From contig NC_043012.1 of the NCBI RefSeq assembly GCF_006345805.1, forward strand, positions 56,668,001 through 56,732,000: a DNA stretch of 64,000 nt, in the 5' to 3' direction. The notes under the pieces were generated by a model, which was not told the origin of the DNA, searched no databases, and was given only the letters and a program-made list of their open reading frames with translations. Source of the stretch: Octopus sinensis. Lineage: Eukaryota. A program made the position numbers and the translations under genes. Positions 12,449 to 26,945 of this stretch are shown here, one piece after another (position 1 is the first letter of the stretch; the number at the start of each line of letters is the position of its first letter).

Positions 12449-13119
12449 TGACCATCATTATTTAACATCCTTTCCTCCATGCTGGCATGGGTTGGATGGG
12501 TTAAATGATGATAGTGACTGAAGCAGCTAAAAGATAAAGATCTATATCTGTTTACAGTCATTTTAATCCAGGTACTTATGGACTTTGGAACAACAATACA
12601 AACAGTAAAAATAATAATAATTTCTAACATTGACACTTTATTTTATTAACCCCAAAGAAGTGTAAGGTAAAGTTGACCCTAGCAAGGGCTGAACTTTAAA
12701 TGTAAATGGTCATAATTAAATACCACAAATGATATGATTTCTCACCAATTCAATGCCACAAATGTGGAGGGAAAGGATACAGTTGACAGAATTGACCCCA
12801 GTATATGGCAGGTATTTATTTCATCAGAGCTAGAAGAATGCAAAGCAAAGTTGATTCTTGTGACAGTAAATTGACAGAGATCATTTGTTTCAGTCATTAG
12901 ATTGTGGCCATGCTGGAGCATCGCCTTGAAGAATTTTCATCAAATAAAATTATCTCGGTACTTATTTTTCTTTAAATCTTGGTACTTATTCTATCAGTTT
13001 CTCATTTGCTGAATTGCTAAGTTATAGGGACATAAATACACCTACACTGGTTGTCAGATGGTGATGGGGGACAAACACAGAGGCAAAGACACATACACAT
13101 GACAGGCTTCTTTCTGTTT

Positions 13120-13351
13120 CTTATTTCTTAATTGCCCACAAGGGGCTAAACATAGAAGGGACAAACAAGGACTGACAAAGGGATTAAGTTGATTACATTG
13201 ACCCCAGTGCGTAACTGGTATTTTATTTATCGACCCCGAAAGGATGAAAGGCAAAGTCGGCCTTGGCGGAATTTGAACTCAGGATGTAATGGCAGATGAA
13301 ATACCGCTAAGCATTTCGCCTGGCACACTAACGTTTCTGCCAGCTCGCCAC
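13120..13351 (-). mobile_element. SINE family B nested in a decayed family A SINE (12885-13500)
   Basis: Matches the 6484 and 42748 copies; TTTCTGTTTCT is duplicated on both sides. Confidence 0.85.
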
Positions 13352-13745
13352 TTTTCTGTTTCTGTCTACCAAATCCACTCACAAGGCTTTGGTCAGCCTG
13401 AGGCTAGAGTAGAAGACACCTGCCCAAGGTGTCATGCAGTGGGAATGAAGCTGGACCATGTGATTTGGAAGCAAACTCCTTACTGTAGAACCACACCTGC
13501 CCCTAGATAAAAACAAAGGTACTTAGCCCCTCATTCTAAAGTAATAACAAAAATCTCAATCATCAGATAATTACCATATTTTCCATGGCCGTCTCTCATG
13601 CTTAGGCTCACAAAATCTTTTGGCTGAAATGGAAGAAGAAAAGAAAGTTACAGTAAATTGGAATACTGAATTATATTACTTAGCATATATTATAACGAAT
13701 TCTAGCATGCAAGGCGGATGTTAAACAATGATGATGATGACTACA

Positions 13746-14150
13746 TACTCTTTTATTTGTTTCAGTCATTTGACTGCGGCCATGCTGGAGCACTGCCTTT
13801 AGTCGAGCAAATCGACCCTGGGACTTATTCTTTGTAAACCCAGTACTTATTCTATCGGTCTCTTTTGCCGAACTGCTAAGTGACGGTGACGTAAACACAC
13901 CAGTGTCGGTTGTCAAGCAATGCTAGGGGGACAAACACAGGCACACAAACATACACACACACATATATATATATACACACATATATACGTCGGGCTTCTT
14001 TCAGTTTCCGTCTACCAAATCCACTCACAAGGCTTTGGTCGGCCCGAGGCTATAGTAGAAGACACTTGCCCAAGATGCCATGTGGTGGGATTGAACCCGG
14101 AACCATGTGGTTGGTAAGCAAGCTACTTACCACACAGCCAGTCCTGCGCC
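13746..14150 (-). mobile_element. tRNA-derived SINE family A, full length
   Basis: Head GGCGCAGGA.TGGCTGTGTGGTAAG with GGTTCAATCCC B-box, internal (TA/TG)n, tail CAGTCAAATGACTGAAACAA.TAAAAGAG. Confidence 0.9.
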
Positions 14151-14211
14151 TGTGAAATTCATTGACAAAAATGATGGCCAAATCTACCTCAAATAACATT
14201 ATGCTGTCATA

Positions 14212-14400
14212 GGAAGGAGTGCTGAAAAGTTCCTGGCTTTGGGTAAAAGAAAATACAGGAGGAACAGGGAACAGTTAATTATGATTTTATGCAACATATT
14301 CTCTTCTCAGATTCACACACTCATTGCAGCAGTTCTTCAGTTTTTCTAAGAAGTTGGAAGGTAGGGCCTCCAACAATACCCTTATAGCCAGGAATCCCCT
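14212..14400 (-). mobile_element. Mariner-derived MITE
   Basis: GTGCTGAAAAGTTCCTGGCTTT end; reverse copy of 15579-15779. Confidence 0.7.
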
Positions 14401-14409
14401 TATATATGT

Positions 14410-14793
14410 GGAAGCACTCCGTCGGTTACGACGACGAGGGTTCCGGTTGATCCGAATCAACGGAACAGCCTGCTCATGAAATTAACGTGTAAGTGGCTGA
14501 GCACTCCACAGACACGTGTACCCTTAACATAGTTCTCGGGGATATTCAGCGTGACACAGAGAGTGACAAGGCCGGCCCTTTGAAATACAGGTATAACAGA
14601 AACAGGAAGTAAGAGTGAGAGAAAGTTGTGGTGAAAGAGTACAGCAGGGATCACCACCATCCCCTGCCGGAGCCTTGTGGAGCTTTAGGTGTTTTCGCTC
14701 AATAAACACTCACAACGCCCGGTCTGGGAATCGAAACCACGATCCTATGACCGCGAGTCTGCTGCCCTAACCACTGGGCCATTGCGCCTCCAC
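14410..14793 (-). mobile_element. tRNA-derived SINE family C, full length
   Basis: Head GGAGGCGCAATGGCCCAGTGGTTAGGG...GGTTTCGATTCCC; 15-bp TSD TCCCCTTATATATGT. Confidence 0.9.
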
Positions 14794-15533
14794 TCCCCTT
14801 ATATATGTATAGCCATGGAATATAGTTCTATATACAAGCTTTTCCTGACAGAAAACAAGCCAGATCCTCCTCAGATTACACTCTAAAGTTTTACATGTGT
14901 AGCAACAGAAGTGTGCCTCTTTATATATAACATAGATCTGGATTTGTTGCCCCCAACATTGCTTGATAACCAATGTTGGCGTATTTACCTCTCTGTAACT
15001 TACCAGTTTGGCAAAAGAGTGAATAAGTCCTGGAGTCAATTTGTTCGACTAAAGGAGGTGCTTCAGCATGGCCGCAGTCAAATGACTGAAACAAGTAAAA
15101 GAATAAAGGAATGTTGTGTGTGTATGCATGTGTGTATTTGTGACTATGTTTATTCCCCTACCATTACTAGACAACCAATGTTGGTGTATTTACGTCCCTG
15201 TAACCTAGCAGTTTACTCTTTTGCTCTTTTACTTGTTTCAGTCATTTGACTGTGGCCATGCTGAAGCACCACCTTTAGTCGAGCAAATCAACCCCAGGAC
15301 TAATTCTTTGTAAGCCTGGTACTTATTCTATCGGTCTCTCTTGCCGAACCACTAAGTGACGGAGACGTAAACACTCGTTTCTCTGTTTGTTTTTTCGATG
15401 TCCTGCACCCATATATGTATGTATATATGCATATATATGTAGGTATGTACATATATGCATGTATATATGCATATATATGTAGGTATGTACATATATGCAT
15501 GTATATATGCATATATATGTATATTATTTATAT

Positions 15534-15574
<41 letters not shown>

Positions 15575-15578
15575 CATA

Positions 15579-15779
15579 CAAGGGGTGTTGAAAAGTCCCT
15601 GGCTTTAATGGTAGGCCAAACCTTCTTAGTTCTTTTACAGAGTTTAGAAAAACTGAAGGACTACTGCAATAAGTGTGTGAATCTGAGAGGGGAATATGTT
15701 GAATAAAATCATAATTAACTGATAAAACTCCTGTATTTTCTTTTACCCAAACCCAGGAACTTTTCATCCTTCCCCCTCA
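15579..15779 (+). mobile_element. Mariner-derived MITE retaining the transposase C-terminal codons
   Basis: TA-flanked TIRs; encodes LEKLKDYCNKCVNLRGEYVE*, homologous to the mariner end RWEKCVTLGGFYVEKD*. Confidence 0.8.
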
Positions 15780-16185
15780 TATATATGTATGTCCGAGTGT
15801 GAGTACATTAGCATCTCCTTGCCTTGACATCACATAATTTCATAAATGAAAATTATCCATTTCCATTATTCAGCTTGAAGGCTTTTGGCCATGGAAAAAT
15901 ATTGCCTTGATTGGAAACAGGTGAAGGTTGGTGACAACAAGGGCATCTAGTCATAGAAAATTCTGCATCAATAAACTCAGGCAAGTATGGAAAAGTGAAC
16001 ATTAAAATGATGATGAATACTTTACACGCCTATTATATTTCATAAGTGTGCCCATGAGAGAGATTGTATTGATCATAGTAATTTTACTATTTAGTAGTAA
16101 AATATAAAGCTGAAATAGAAATAGCAAAAGAACAGAACATTCTAAGTTACTGCTCATATGCTGCTTTGTAGTTTATTGTATATAT

Positions 16186-16581
16186 ACTCTTTTACTTGTT
16201 TTAGTAATTTGACTGCGGCCATCCTGGAGCACCGCCTTTAGTCGAGCAAATCAACCCCCAGGACTTATTCTTTGTAAGCCTAGTAATTATTCTATCGGTG
16301 TCTTTTACCAAACTGCTAAGTTACGGGGACGTAAACTCACCAGCATCGGTTGTCAAGAGATGTTGGTTGGGACAAACACAGACACACAAACACGCACATA
16401 TATATATATACATATATATCACAGGCTTCTTTCAATTTCCGTCTACTAAATCCACTCACAAGGCTTTGGTCAGCCCGGGGCTATAGTTAAAGACACTTAC
16501 CCAAAGTGCCACGCAGTGGGACTTGAACCCGGAACCATGTGGTTGTTAAGCAAGCTACTTACCACACAGCCACTCTTGTGC
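16186..16581 (-). mobile_element. SINE family A
   Basis: Matches 13746-14150 over its full length. Confidence 0.9.
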
Positions 16582-17066
16582 CTATACATATATATATATA
16601 TATATACACACACACATGTGTGTGTATGTATGTATGTATATGCGTGTATGTGTACATATGTGTGTATATATATTCTTTCTTTTTTTCCATGTTTTAGTCA
16701 TTTGACTGTGGCTATGCCGAGGCACCGCTTTTAGTCAAACAAATCGACCCCGGGACTTATTCTTTGTAAGCCTAGTACCTATTTTATCAGGATCTTTTGC
16801 TGAACCACTAAGTATTAGGCCATGGTTCCATGCAGTGGGACTGAACCTGGAACTATGTGGTTGGGAAGCAAGCAGGACCTGAATGTGTGTGTGTGTGTGT
16901 GTGTGTGTCTGGGTGTGGGTGTATGGGTGTGTATGCTACTACAAGAACATAAACTAAAAATGTGTTTTAATAACGTCATATAGTAGGTAATAACACAAAG
17001 TGGTGTTCCAGCTGTGACCATCCAGTCAATATACTGTTACAATCCTTTAACCTATATATATATATA

Positions 17067-19262
17067 TATAAAATATTATTAGAGACAAAAACCACTATTT
17101 TGCAAAACAAACAAGGAAAGACTTAATCAATACATAAAATTTTAATAAATAGTCAAAAAAACCACCACTACAATCGTTTCTTGTCTTGATCGACAATCTT
17201 CTTCATGGACTTCCAATCTAAAAAATCAAAATTTTAAATATAAAAATAATAATTTTAATAATTAAAGTATAAATGAAAAAATATAAGTATATAATCCATA
17301 TATAACCTATATAATCCATATCGAAAATATAGACAAATTACCACGAATTCCCTAAAAAAAAAACCATGATAAAACAAAACTCTTAAAAACATATAACGAT
17401 AAAATCTCCCTGCTTTGCTAAACTCTAAAACAAACCTATATAGTAATCCCCCTAACCTAAACATTCACACACAAATACACACACGTAAACCACAGACCAC
17501 GACTTATACACATACCTATACTAACTTATAAACCTCAATAGACACCAAAACCCACTCCTCCCACACAGACAAATTAACACATACATCCCAAAACCTAAAT
17601 AACAAACCCATATACACATTCACACACAAACACACACACACACGCAAAACACGCACCACAACAGATACATATACTCCCTCACATATACGCATATACATAC
17701 TCACTAAACTCGACATATACACAATACTTACACACCACAAAAATCATTAATACATTTATGAGCTTTAACTCACCTTAGCAGCTCTAACAAACAACTTGCA
17801 GTACCCAATCCCATTCTCTATGCCTACCTCACTACTACACTATTCCATTCACAATTCCAAGCAACGCTAGTCCACCACCCGGTTATTCACGTGGCAAAAC
17901 GAACACCACTCAAAATTATGAATGAAACAATGTAAAAAAATAACCAACATCGAAAATAGACAAATTACCACGAATTACCTAAAAAAAAACCAGATAAAAA
18001 ACCAAAACTCATAAAAGCATATAACGATAAAATCTCCCTTTGCTAAACCCTATAACAACTTATATAGCAATCCCCTAACCTAAACATTCACACACAAATC
18101 ACACACGTAAACCACAGACCCAAGACTTATACACAAACCTATACTAACTTATAAACCTCAAAATACACCAAAACCCACTCCCTCCCACACAGACAAATTA
18201 ACACATACATCCCAAACCTAAATAACAAACCCAAATACACATTCACACACAAACACACACACACGCAAAACACACACAAACAGATCATACTACTCCCTCA
18301 CATATACGCATATACATACTCACTAAACTCGATATATACAACAATATTTACACCACCCACACTCATACAGATAAATAAATTAATTATACAACTAAAAACT
18401 CACAACCAATCTCATATACATAAACACTCCTATGAAACAACATTAAATACATCGTAATTAACCAGAATATCAAAAATAACATATGACATAAGGATAAATC
18501 AAATACATACTTACAATTCAGTTACAAATATGAAGTGAAATTAAATTCTTAGCCGTTAAAAACCAAACAAAAATTACGTTACCATAGAAATAACTTATGT
18601 AAAAAAAAGAATACGCGCCATAGAAAGTAACGTCATTCAAAATATGAATGGAGAATATAATAAATGGAACTAAAAACTATATCCACGTAGCAAACCAACG
18701 CTACTTAAAAAAATTTATTATGAATGGATTCTTTAAAAACTACCATGAAAATCATTATATACATTTATGAGCTTTAGCTCACCCTAGCAGCTCTAACAAA
18801 CAACTTACAGTAACCCATAACTATTCTCGATGCATACCTCACTACCACACTAATCCATTCACAATTCCAAGCAACGCTAGTCCACCACCCGGTTACAATT
18901 CCCAACTCCACCCATTCATTCACAATTTAAACGACGTTCCCTTCCACAACGCTACATATAAGCCTCAACATATACACCGGAGATACACTTACACATCCGT
19001 GCGGATGGGTGAGAGTATACATTAAGTGTAGTGATGGGGCTCCCATTTCTAAACAATTTGTACCTGTGTGGTAGTCTCCATGTGTATATTCACGCACGGG
19101 TATAAATGCAGGGGGTACATGTATATGTATATGTATTTTGTTTTGCAAAATAGTGGTTTTGTCTCTAATAATATTTTATAATATTTTACTATAAAATTGG
19201 ATTTAATCCTAAATCTGATTTTTTTCCCTGTAATTTGGATTTATTCCCTAATATTTATTATT
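17067..19262. mobile_element. 2.2-kb non-coding element bounded by ~45-bp inverted repeats, probably a Penelope-like remnant
   Basis: 17067-17111 and 19137-19180 are reverse complements (one indel); decayed hammerhead at 17165-17208 (-); strong A/C strand bias; (TA)n on both sides. Confidence 0.55.
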
Positions 19263-19264
19263 AT

Positions 19265-19298
<34 letters not shown>

Positions 19299-19907
19299 AT
19301 CTAATGGCAGAAATTACGGAGTGACTCAAAGGCTGAGAGTTTCATGCACTGGCAATTTGGTAAGAGTCATACACAAGACTCATGTCTCTTGAGTCACTTT
19401 GCAACTTCTTAACAATATGTATGTATATTATACACACACACACATTTATATAATAATAATAGTAATTTGTGGAACCATTCCATTAAATTACACAGGAAAA
19501 TGAGTGACAGGCAGTAGACAATGAGAAGCACAGGCGCTTTTAAAAGCACATTCTGAGGCATTCACCCAAAACAAATTAAACATATACATGCACATATTTT
19601 GAGTTATAGTTTGCTGTTTGCATTACTACCATCTCTCTCCCTATATATATATATATACATATATATATAGTAGAATCAATGAAAATAAGTGATAAGAAAA
19701 CTATTTGATAAGATAAATTAAGAATGTCTTACAGGGCTAAGTGTAAATTTTAATTTTTGTTTACAGATTTCCTTTATACACACTGTCACTGTTATTTATG
19801 ACACATTTCATCTCAGTTACATTTGTATGAATAAATGAGTGTATCTGAAGCATGTTTACTTCATGGCACCACCATAATTGTTTGTGCTTCATTTTTCATT
19901 TTTTTCC

Positions 19908-20246
19908 ATAACTCTAACCCTAAAACCCTAACACCTTAGAGCTAAAACCAGTATAAACGCATGAACGATGTCATAAATAACAGTAACAAACAAAATATAC
20001 ACCACCGATAGTTGTTGACAAACAATGACAGTAATTTTATTCAGCTGAATACAAGTCATTGATTGGTTGAAATTACCGAAATACGACAACTTTAACAAGA
20101 AATAACTTCCAAAATACAGAATTTTCTCAACAACGCCAAGAGTTAAAGATGTTTTATGTGACACATTCTACCAGTATATGAAGTTTGAAAGTGTTTAGTT
20201 ACAAAAAATTATTTTTTTAAATCTGTCGGTCAAAAGGTAAAGATCC
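19908..20246. mobile_element. Partial MITE related to 53207-53608
   Basis: Shares GATTGGTTGAAATT...ACATTCTACCAGTATATGAAGTTT...GGTCAAA..AAAGATCC; has internal CCCTAA-like units. Confidence 0.7.
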
Positions 20247-21397
20247 CAAATTATGTAAAAATATTACCTTTTTTTATTAATTATGCATTACATAATTAAA
20301 AGCAATATTCTTTATATATATATTACAAACACTGACAGCTCCTAAATGTCTGTTGTTCAAAAGAAAAAAAAAACACTATAAAAATGTTAGAAGAGTTTTA
20401 ACAACCCATACTTAAATGCTAAGTACTTTATTTCCCAATGACAACACACCCATATGTGCCTCACTGTAGGATCTGAATAGCAAAATTCAATATAAGTTTA
20501 TTTAAATACATGATCATTATCATAATCAAATTGATTTCCTAGAAATATGTGTGTGTGTACGTACACACCCACCCACATGGTCATGTGATTTCTACAGTAT
20601 TAGTTTGGTAGCAGGTGTTAATTTTACACTAGTAAAGTTCAAGGGTTGCACCCCAGTTTGCTTTCTATTTTGTTTGGTATTTGTGAACTTCAACTTTTTT
20701 AATGTATTTTGTACAGTAATTATGAAAAAAAAAAAAGAAACAAATCTGACAGAACTCTTTTTTTACTAGTTGTCATAGTAATACAAAAAATGAAAGAGGG
20801 GGAAAGAACATCAGTGCGTATAAAACATGAGATAAAAGTTTTCTAGGAGTTCATTTCTCAGTTAGTGCTGTGCATTATTACACCAGTGTATAAAGTATCG
20901 TCATCATCATTGTTGTTGTTCTTCTTATTGCCATCATCACCATCACCCATCTTCTGTGCTGGCATGAGTTGGGTGGTTTCACAGAATCTGATGGGTCTGA
21001 AGACTGCACTGTGCCCTAATATCTAATTTGGTATGATTTTTGTAGCTGGACGACCTTCCTAACATCAACCACTTTACAGAGTGTACCAGGTGCCCCCCCC
21101 CTTTTTTTGTGGCAGCAACACTAGGGAAGTTGCCATAAGCAGGGCTACAGTACAGAGGAAGTGATTTTATGGCTAGGCAATGAGAGGTTGAATTATGAAA
21201 TAAGGGACCAGTATGGGTTTCTTGCTGCAAAAGAGCTACATAGCTATTTGCTTTATAGCATCTCCACCCAGCTGAGTCCCTTCATGGGACTGTCACATTA
21301 AGTTGACTGTATACAACTACTTTATCGTATCACTACTGCATAAATATCTCTAGGATATTTAGAAATGTATTATCTATCTATCTATCTATCTATATAT

Positions 21398-21628
21398 ATT
21401 TCTTTATTGGCCACAAGGGGCTAAACATAGAGGGGACAAACAAGGATAGACAAAGGGATTAAGTTGATTACATCAACCCCAGTGCAAAACTGGTACTTTA
21501 TTTATCAACCCCGAAAGGATGAAAGGCAAAGTCGACCTCGGCGGAATTTGAACTCAGAACGTAACGACAGATGAGATACTGCTAAGCATTTCGCCTGGCG
21601 CACTAACGTGTCTGCCAGCTTGCCGCCT
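21398..21628 (-). mobile_element. SINE family B
   Basis: Matches other family B copies. Confidence 0.88.
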
Positions 21629-21984
21629 TTTTAATGATAAATGATGGGCTTCTTTCTGCTTCCAGTTACGAAATCCACTCACAAGGTTTTGGTTGACCCA
21701 AGGCTATGGTAGAAGATACTCGCTCAAAGTGCCACACAGTGGGACTGAAACCTGAAGCACGTGGTTGAGAAGCTAGCTTCTTACTACACAGCTACACCAG
21801 TGTCTAGAGGGTAGCATTTAGAATCTGAGAAAATGGCTTATGGTTTATGCTAGCAAATGTCTGTTAATAAGAAAATTGGGGATAGGTAAGGCTTATTTAT
21901 TGTGAGGAGAGTATAGTCTAACAAGCAACACTAGATCATACTGCAAATATTACACAACATTATACTGCATAGTAACACTTGGAC

Positions 21985-22334
21985 CTGAGCTGAGAGCCGA
22001 GACCCCCTTCGGTCATGACTGACCATGGGATTGCACCTAGAAAGTTACCCTCCCAGGCACAAGTCCAGGCAAGGTTGTTTATGAAAAGCCAGCAGTCACC
22101 CATGCATACCGGCCTCCCCTCTCCATACCACCGATGTTATCCAAAAGAAAGGCAAAGGCTGATACAGCTTGGCACCTGTGATGTCGCAACTCATTTCTAC
22201 AGCTGAGTGAATTGGAGCAACGTGAAATAAAGTGTCTTGCTCAAGAACATAACACACAGCTCAGTCTGGGATTCGAACTAACAACCTCACGATCATAAGC
22301 TCGACGCTCTAACCACTGAGCCATGTGCCTTCAC
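21985..22334 (-). mobile_element. tRNA-derived SINE family D (CORE-like)
   Basis: Reverse copy of 44916-45253; ACTTGGAC repeated at both flanks. Confidence 0.85.
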
Positions 22335-23403
22335 TTGGACAAATGAGGGAACTACTGTTGAACTTGCTAGAAACAGTAGCCAAATTTCTCAATGATGAGG
22401 TAGTGTTGGTGATAATGACGATGACATGATAATGTTGTCTAAGATGCTGCTGCTGTCAGTGGTGGTAATTAACTCAAAAACATTGTAGCAGTGTGCCAAG
22501 AGATTTTTTAAAAATATATTTTTCAATTCTTGGAATTTACAAAATTCTTTCTGACAACATTTACGTAAAATGCTACTACCAACATCCTAGCTATTAACAT
22601 TTTTTTTTCCTTCCTAACTTGTCAGCTGATTTTTATGAGAATAATTAGATTTCAAAATACTCACTATATAAAATATGTTAAACTCTAACATATCTATAGC
22701 TTGTATGAAACGTCTGTCTACTACAGCTCTTGACATTTCAAAGTTTTGGAACATGAACTCTTATCTGTATACATTACCATCTCAACTCTCATCCATTTTG
22801 CTGAACAGTTTTTCCAAATTCCACACTAAATTGGTATATTTATCCAAAGTAATTCTAAAAATTCTAAGGCTGCCTTTCTAAAATAACTTCCAGTTGTTAA
22901 CTGTTCAGTGGGTAGCAAAGTAATAGAACTATTACAGAAATGGATAGAATGCCTTGTGGTTTTTGTTTCGGGTCCCTGTGCTCTGAATTTAAAGTCATCT
23001 TAGCCTGTCATCCTTTTGAGGTTATTAAATAAATTACTAATCCTCTAGTAGGACTTATTCTCCTCTCTCTCTCTTTTATCTGGACTTTGGCCATGTTGGG
23101 GCACCACTCTATAAGATTTAGTCAAACAAACTGACCCCAGTTCTTATTCTAATGGTTTCTTTTGCCTAACCACTAAATTATGTGGGACATAAACAAACTA
23201 ACATTGGTTGTGAAGCAATTAGTAAAGACAAACACAATAAGCTTCCTTTCAGTTTCTGGATACCATATTCACTTACAATGCATTGGTTGGTTTGGGGCTA
23301 TAGTAGAAGAAACTTGCTCAAGGTTCCATGAAGTGGGATTGAACTCAAAACCATGTGATCACAACACAACCATCCTAACCCCACACTACACACACACACA
23401 CAC

Positions 23404-23990
<587 letters not shown>

Positions 23991-25354
23991 GCTTAACTGG
24001 CCCAGACTTTGAAGTCACTGTTAATTACACTCTTGTTTATGAATAATACACACACAAACACACACACGTGTGTGTATGTGTGCATATATATATATATACA
24101 CACACCCACCCACACACATACATGTACACACACACACACTCACATAAACACATAACAGTAAGATTCACGGGTTTGTTAGTGTGTCAGAAAAGAGGTCTTT
24201 GTTCTGGCACATTGTGTTTTGAGTTCAAATTCTGTCTTGATGCCAACAGCCCAGGTAAATCACACTAATATAAGACACTCTGCCCAATCTGCAATTGACC
24301 AGCATGGACAGGTAGGCCTACAACCTGCATAGATAAGCTTGTAATGACATACTGAGGCTTTCGTTTTGCAGTGAACCAAAAATAGTTGAAAAGTAATTGC
24401 TTAGGAAGTAATTTTCTTCCTCTTGATTGCTTCTTAAAAGCAGATATTCAATATTATAAAAAAAAAAAAAATAATCAAATAATGTTGTAACATATAGCTA
24501 CCAATAATATAATTAGCAGTGTGTTTCCATCTCTGTTTGACTGCCTAGCTAAAAAGCAATTATAGGCATGCCCTGTATCAAGGAAATATTGTATTCCTGA
24601 AAATCTTGCCAGAAAGCAAAGCCTGTTTTTCACTGATTTCTATGTTACAGGAAAGCCAATAAGGAAAGAAATATCTTGTTAAAGAATGCCAAATTATTGA
24701 AAAGATTTTCAAGAACACAATGCTTCCATTAACGTGGGAGATTCCTGTAACTGTTACACAGCTCTAAAACCAGGGATGTGAGACATTGATAAAAGAGACA
24801 CTGCAGATCTCAGACTAAAAGGAAGTGTGAAAATATAGTTTGGATTTGAAGTAAAATCTGAGATTCTTGCAACTGCTGACACTGTGTAAGCTATTGTTAG
24901 AAGATGGTGATGATAATGATGGTGATTATACTATGGAACCTAAAACAACTAAAAAAAACACCTTTGTTAGTGGTGGAATTGGTCAAGTGGATAAAACATT
25001 GGCTGAACTACTTGTTTGTAATCACAAGTTCAAACCCTTTGAAGGTACATTTTATAATACCAACTAATCCCATAGTTCTTTATAAAGAATCTACCTGTGT
25101 AGAACAGTGTAAGGAGAGAACTGGATTCATACTCTAACAATGCCAGAAAATTTGTCAGAGTGCTCAAAGACCGCATGGGGTGAGTAGAAATGTTTTAATC
25201 AACAGCGCATTGGATTTGGCTTAACCAGAGACACTGAAGTGAAATGGGGACATAAAATGGAACAGACCAAATCACAGGTCACCAAATGGTTTGTTCATTA
25301 TTGGATTTGAGAAATATAACAATGAATTACATAAAAAAAAGTAGAAAGGTTTAA

Positions 25355-25575
25355 CCATTTCAATACCAACCCAGCTGAAACCAGCTCTGGATCTGAGTAC
25401 AAATGTCTTGTTTTCATAAGTTTTGAATTAAAATCTTCCACCAAACCTTAGTCACAATTTATGTTCCTAACAGTAGCTGAATGACAATTAAGTTATTTTA
25501 CTAAATTCTTTGTTATATTTAAAATCAATTGAAAGAAACACAGAGCATCTCAAAATAGATACAGTAATGAAAGGG
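25355..25575. mobile_element. piggyBac-type MITE (TTAA TSD)
   Basis: TTAA|CCATTTCAATAC...GTAATGAAAGGG|TTAA; closely matches 54891-55111. Confidence 0.88.
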
Positions 25576-25938
25576 TTAATATAGGCACAGAATAATAATG
25601 TAACACAACAGCTAAGTGAATTAATAACTTGAAATCTTTCCTGGGAAATTTATTTGCAATTTGGTGCAGGCATGGTCACAGTGGAGAAGTTTACTTTGCA
25701 AATAAATAGTTCCAGGTTTCATTTCAACCTATAGCAATTTGAGCAAACATCTTCTACTAAAACCTTGAGTTGACCAATACCTTTTGAATGGAATATTAGA
25801 TATGGAAGCTGGGTTGAAGCCATTGTGTGTGTGCCTATGATGTTTGTATGCATGTATCTACATAGGCAAGAGTGTATGTATAAATGCATGGATTTTTCAT
25901 CAATTTATGAAAAAAAAATTGTGCTTTTTGGGATGAAA

Positions 25939-25986
25939 AATGTCAGCAAAAACCTGTTATAAATATAACAGGTTTTTGCTGACATT
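25939..25986. repeat. Perfect palindrome, 23-bp arms, 2-nt spacer
   Basis: AATGTCAGCAAAAACCTGTTATA aa TATAACAGGTTTTTGCTGACATT. Confidence 0.95.
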
Positions 25987-26499
25987 CGAATTACATCAAC
26001 ATTCTTTTGTCACTTTCATCACCAGAAGCAAATCACAGGTAACTGATGACTAGATATTTACATATCTCTCTCACCTAATGCTGCTGCCATTGCCACCACC
26101 ACGGGATATTAGAAGTCATTGACATTCAGGGACATTCACATTGCAACCTCAACAAGACAGTGATTCTGCTTTACTCACACACTTAAATGAGCAACCATTT
26201 TGAATGTTAATTACTTAATGAGCTGACAGATTCTAATCAGGAAGTGAGAGGTGGCGACAAGTGCACAGGGTTGGTGGAATAAGTAGCAATGACATGTACT
26301 CCGTTCCATTAAAAAAAAAACACAAAAAAAAAACAAACACAAAAACAAAACAAAAAAAATACTATCCTTGTGATAATGGAAGAAACTATTTATATACAAA
26401 CAGTACAGTACAGAAAATGTACTTTAACATTTCAGGTAAAACAATATTGTAACAAAATCTTTAACTATGTCCCGTGTTGCTACTGTTTAGAACAATCGT

Positions 26500-26810
26500 A
26501 ATTGAGCAGGATTATGATCATAGCTATCTGTCGCATGTAGTTATATGGACATGCCCTCTGTCTCCCACCAGATCATCCTACCAGGGCTTTACTCTCATTT
26601 GACGCAGCAGCTACGAACTGGAAGAGTCCTCATGCCAGGCCTCGCATCAGATGGCTGGACGTGATTGGAGAAGATCCCCAGAGACATGGTGTTAACTTGG
26701 AAGTTGCAGAGGAGCTGGGACGGATCCATCAATGATGGAAAACTGGTGGACCTGGTCGGCTCTACGCATGAAGATGTCTCTGGGTCCACGAACTTGGGAT
26801 GATCCCAAAC
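26500..26810 (+). mobile_element. RTE-clade LINE 3' fragment (decayed)
   Basis: Translates RM*LYGHALCLPPDHPTRALLSF..NWKSPHARPRIRWLDVI, matching the RTE C-terminal RLRWxGH / GRPRxRWxD motifs. Confidence 0.75.
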
Positions 26811-26945
26811 CACATCAAGCAGGAGCATAAAGCAAAAGCTTGTGACCAGAGATGTTCCAATCATAATTTGTTAAGAGCAGCTGTTCACAAAACTTAATTC
26901 ATCAGGAAACATCATCATCATCATTTTAACATTCATCTTTTATGA

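Noticed and set aside
14700-14793. tRNA-like sequence (also at 44916, 53870 and family A heads)
   Set aside because: These are SINE heads fused to SINE bodies, without a complete cloverleaf
19910-19935. Telomere-like CCCTAA units
   Set aside because: Only about three degenerate units, internal to a MITE
24650-24777. Possible exon (TTACAG acceptor, GTGAGA donor)
   Set aside because: Stops occur in all three frames; a non-coding exon cannot be supported without RNA data
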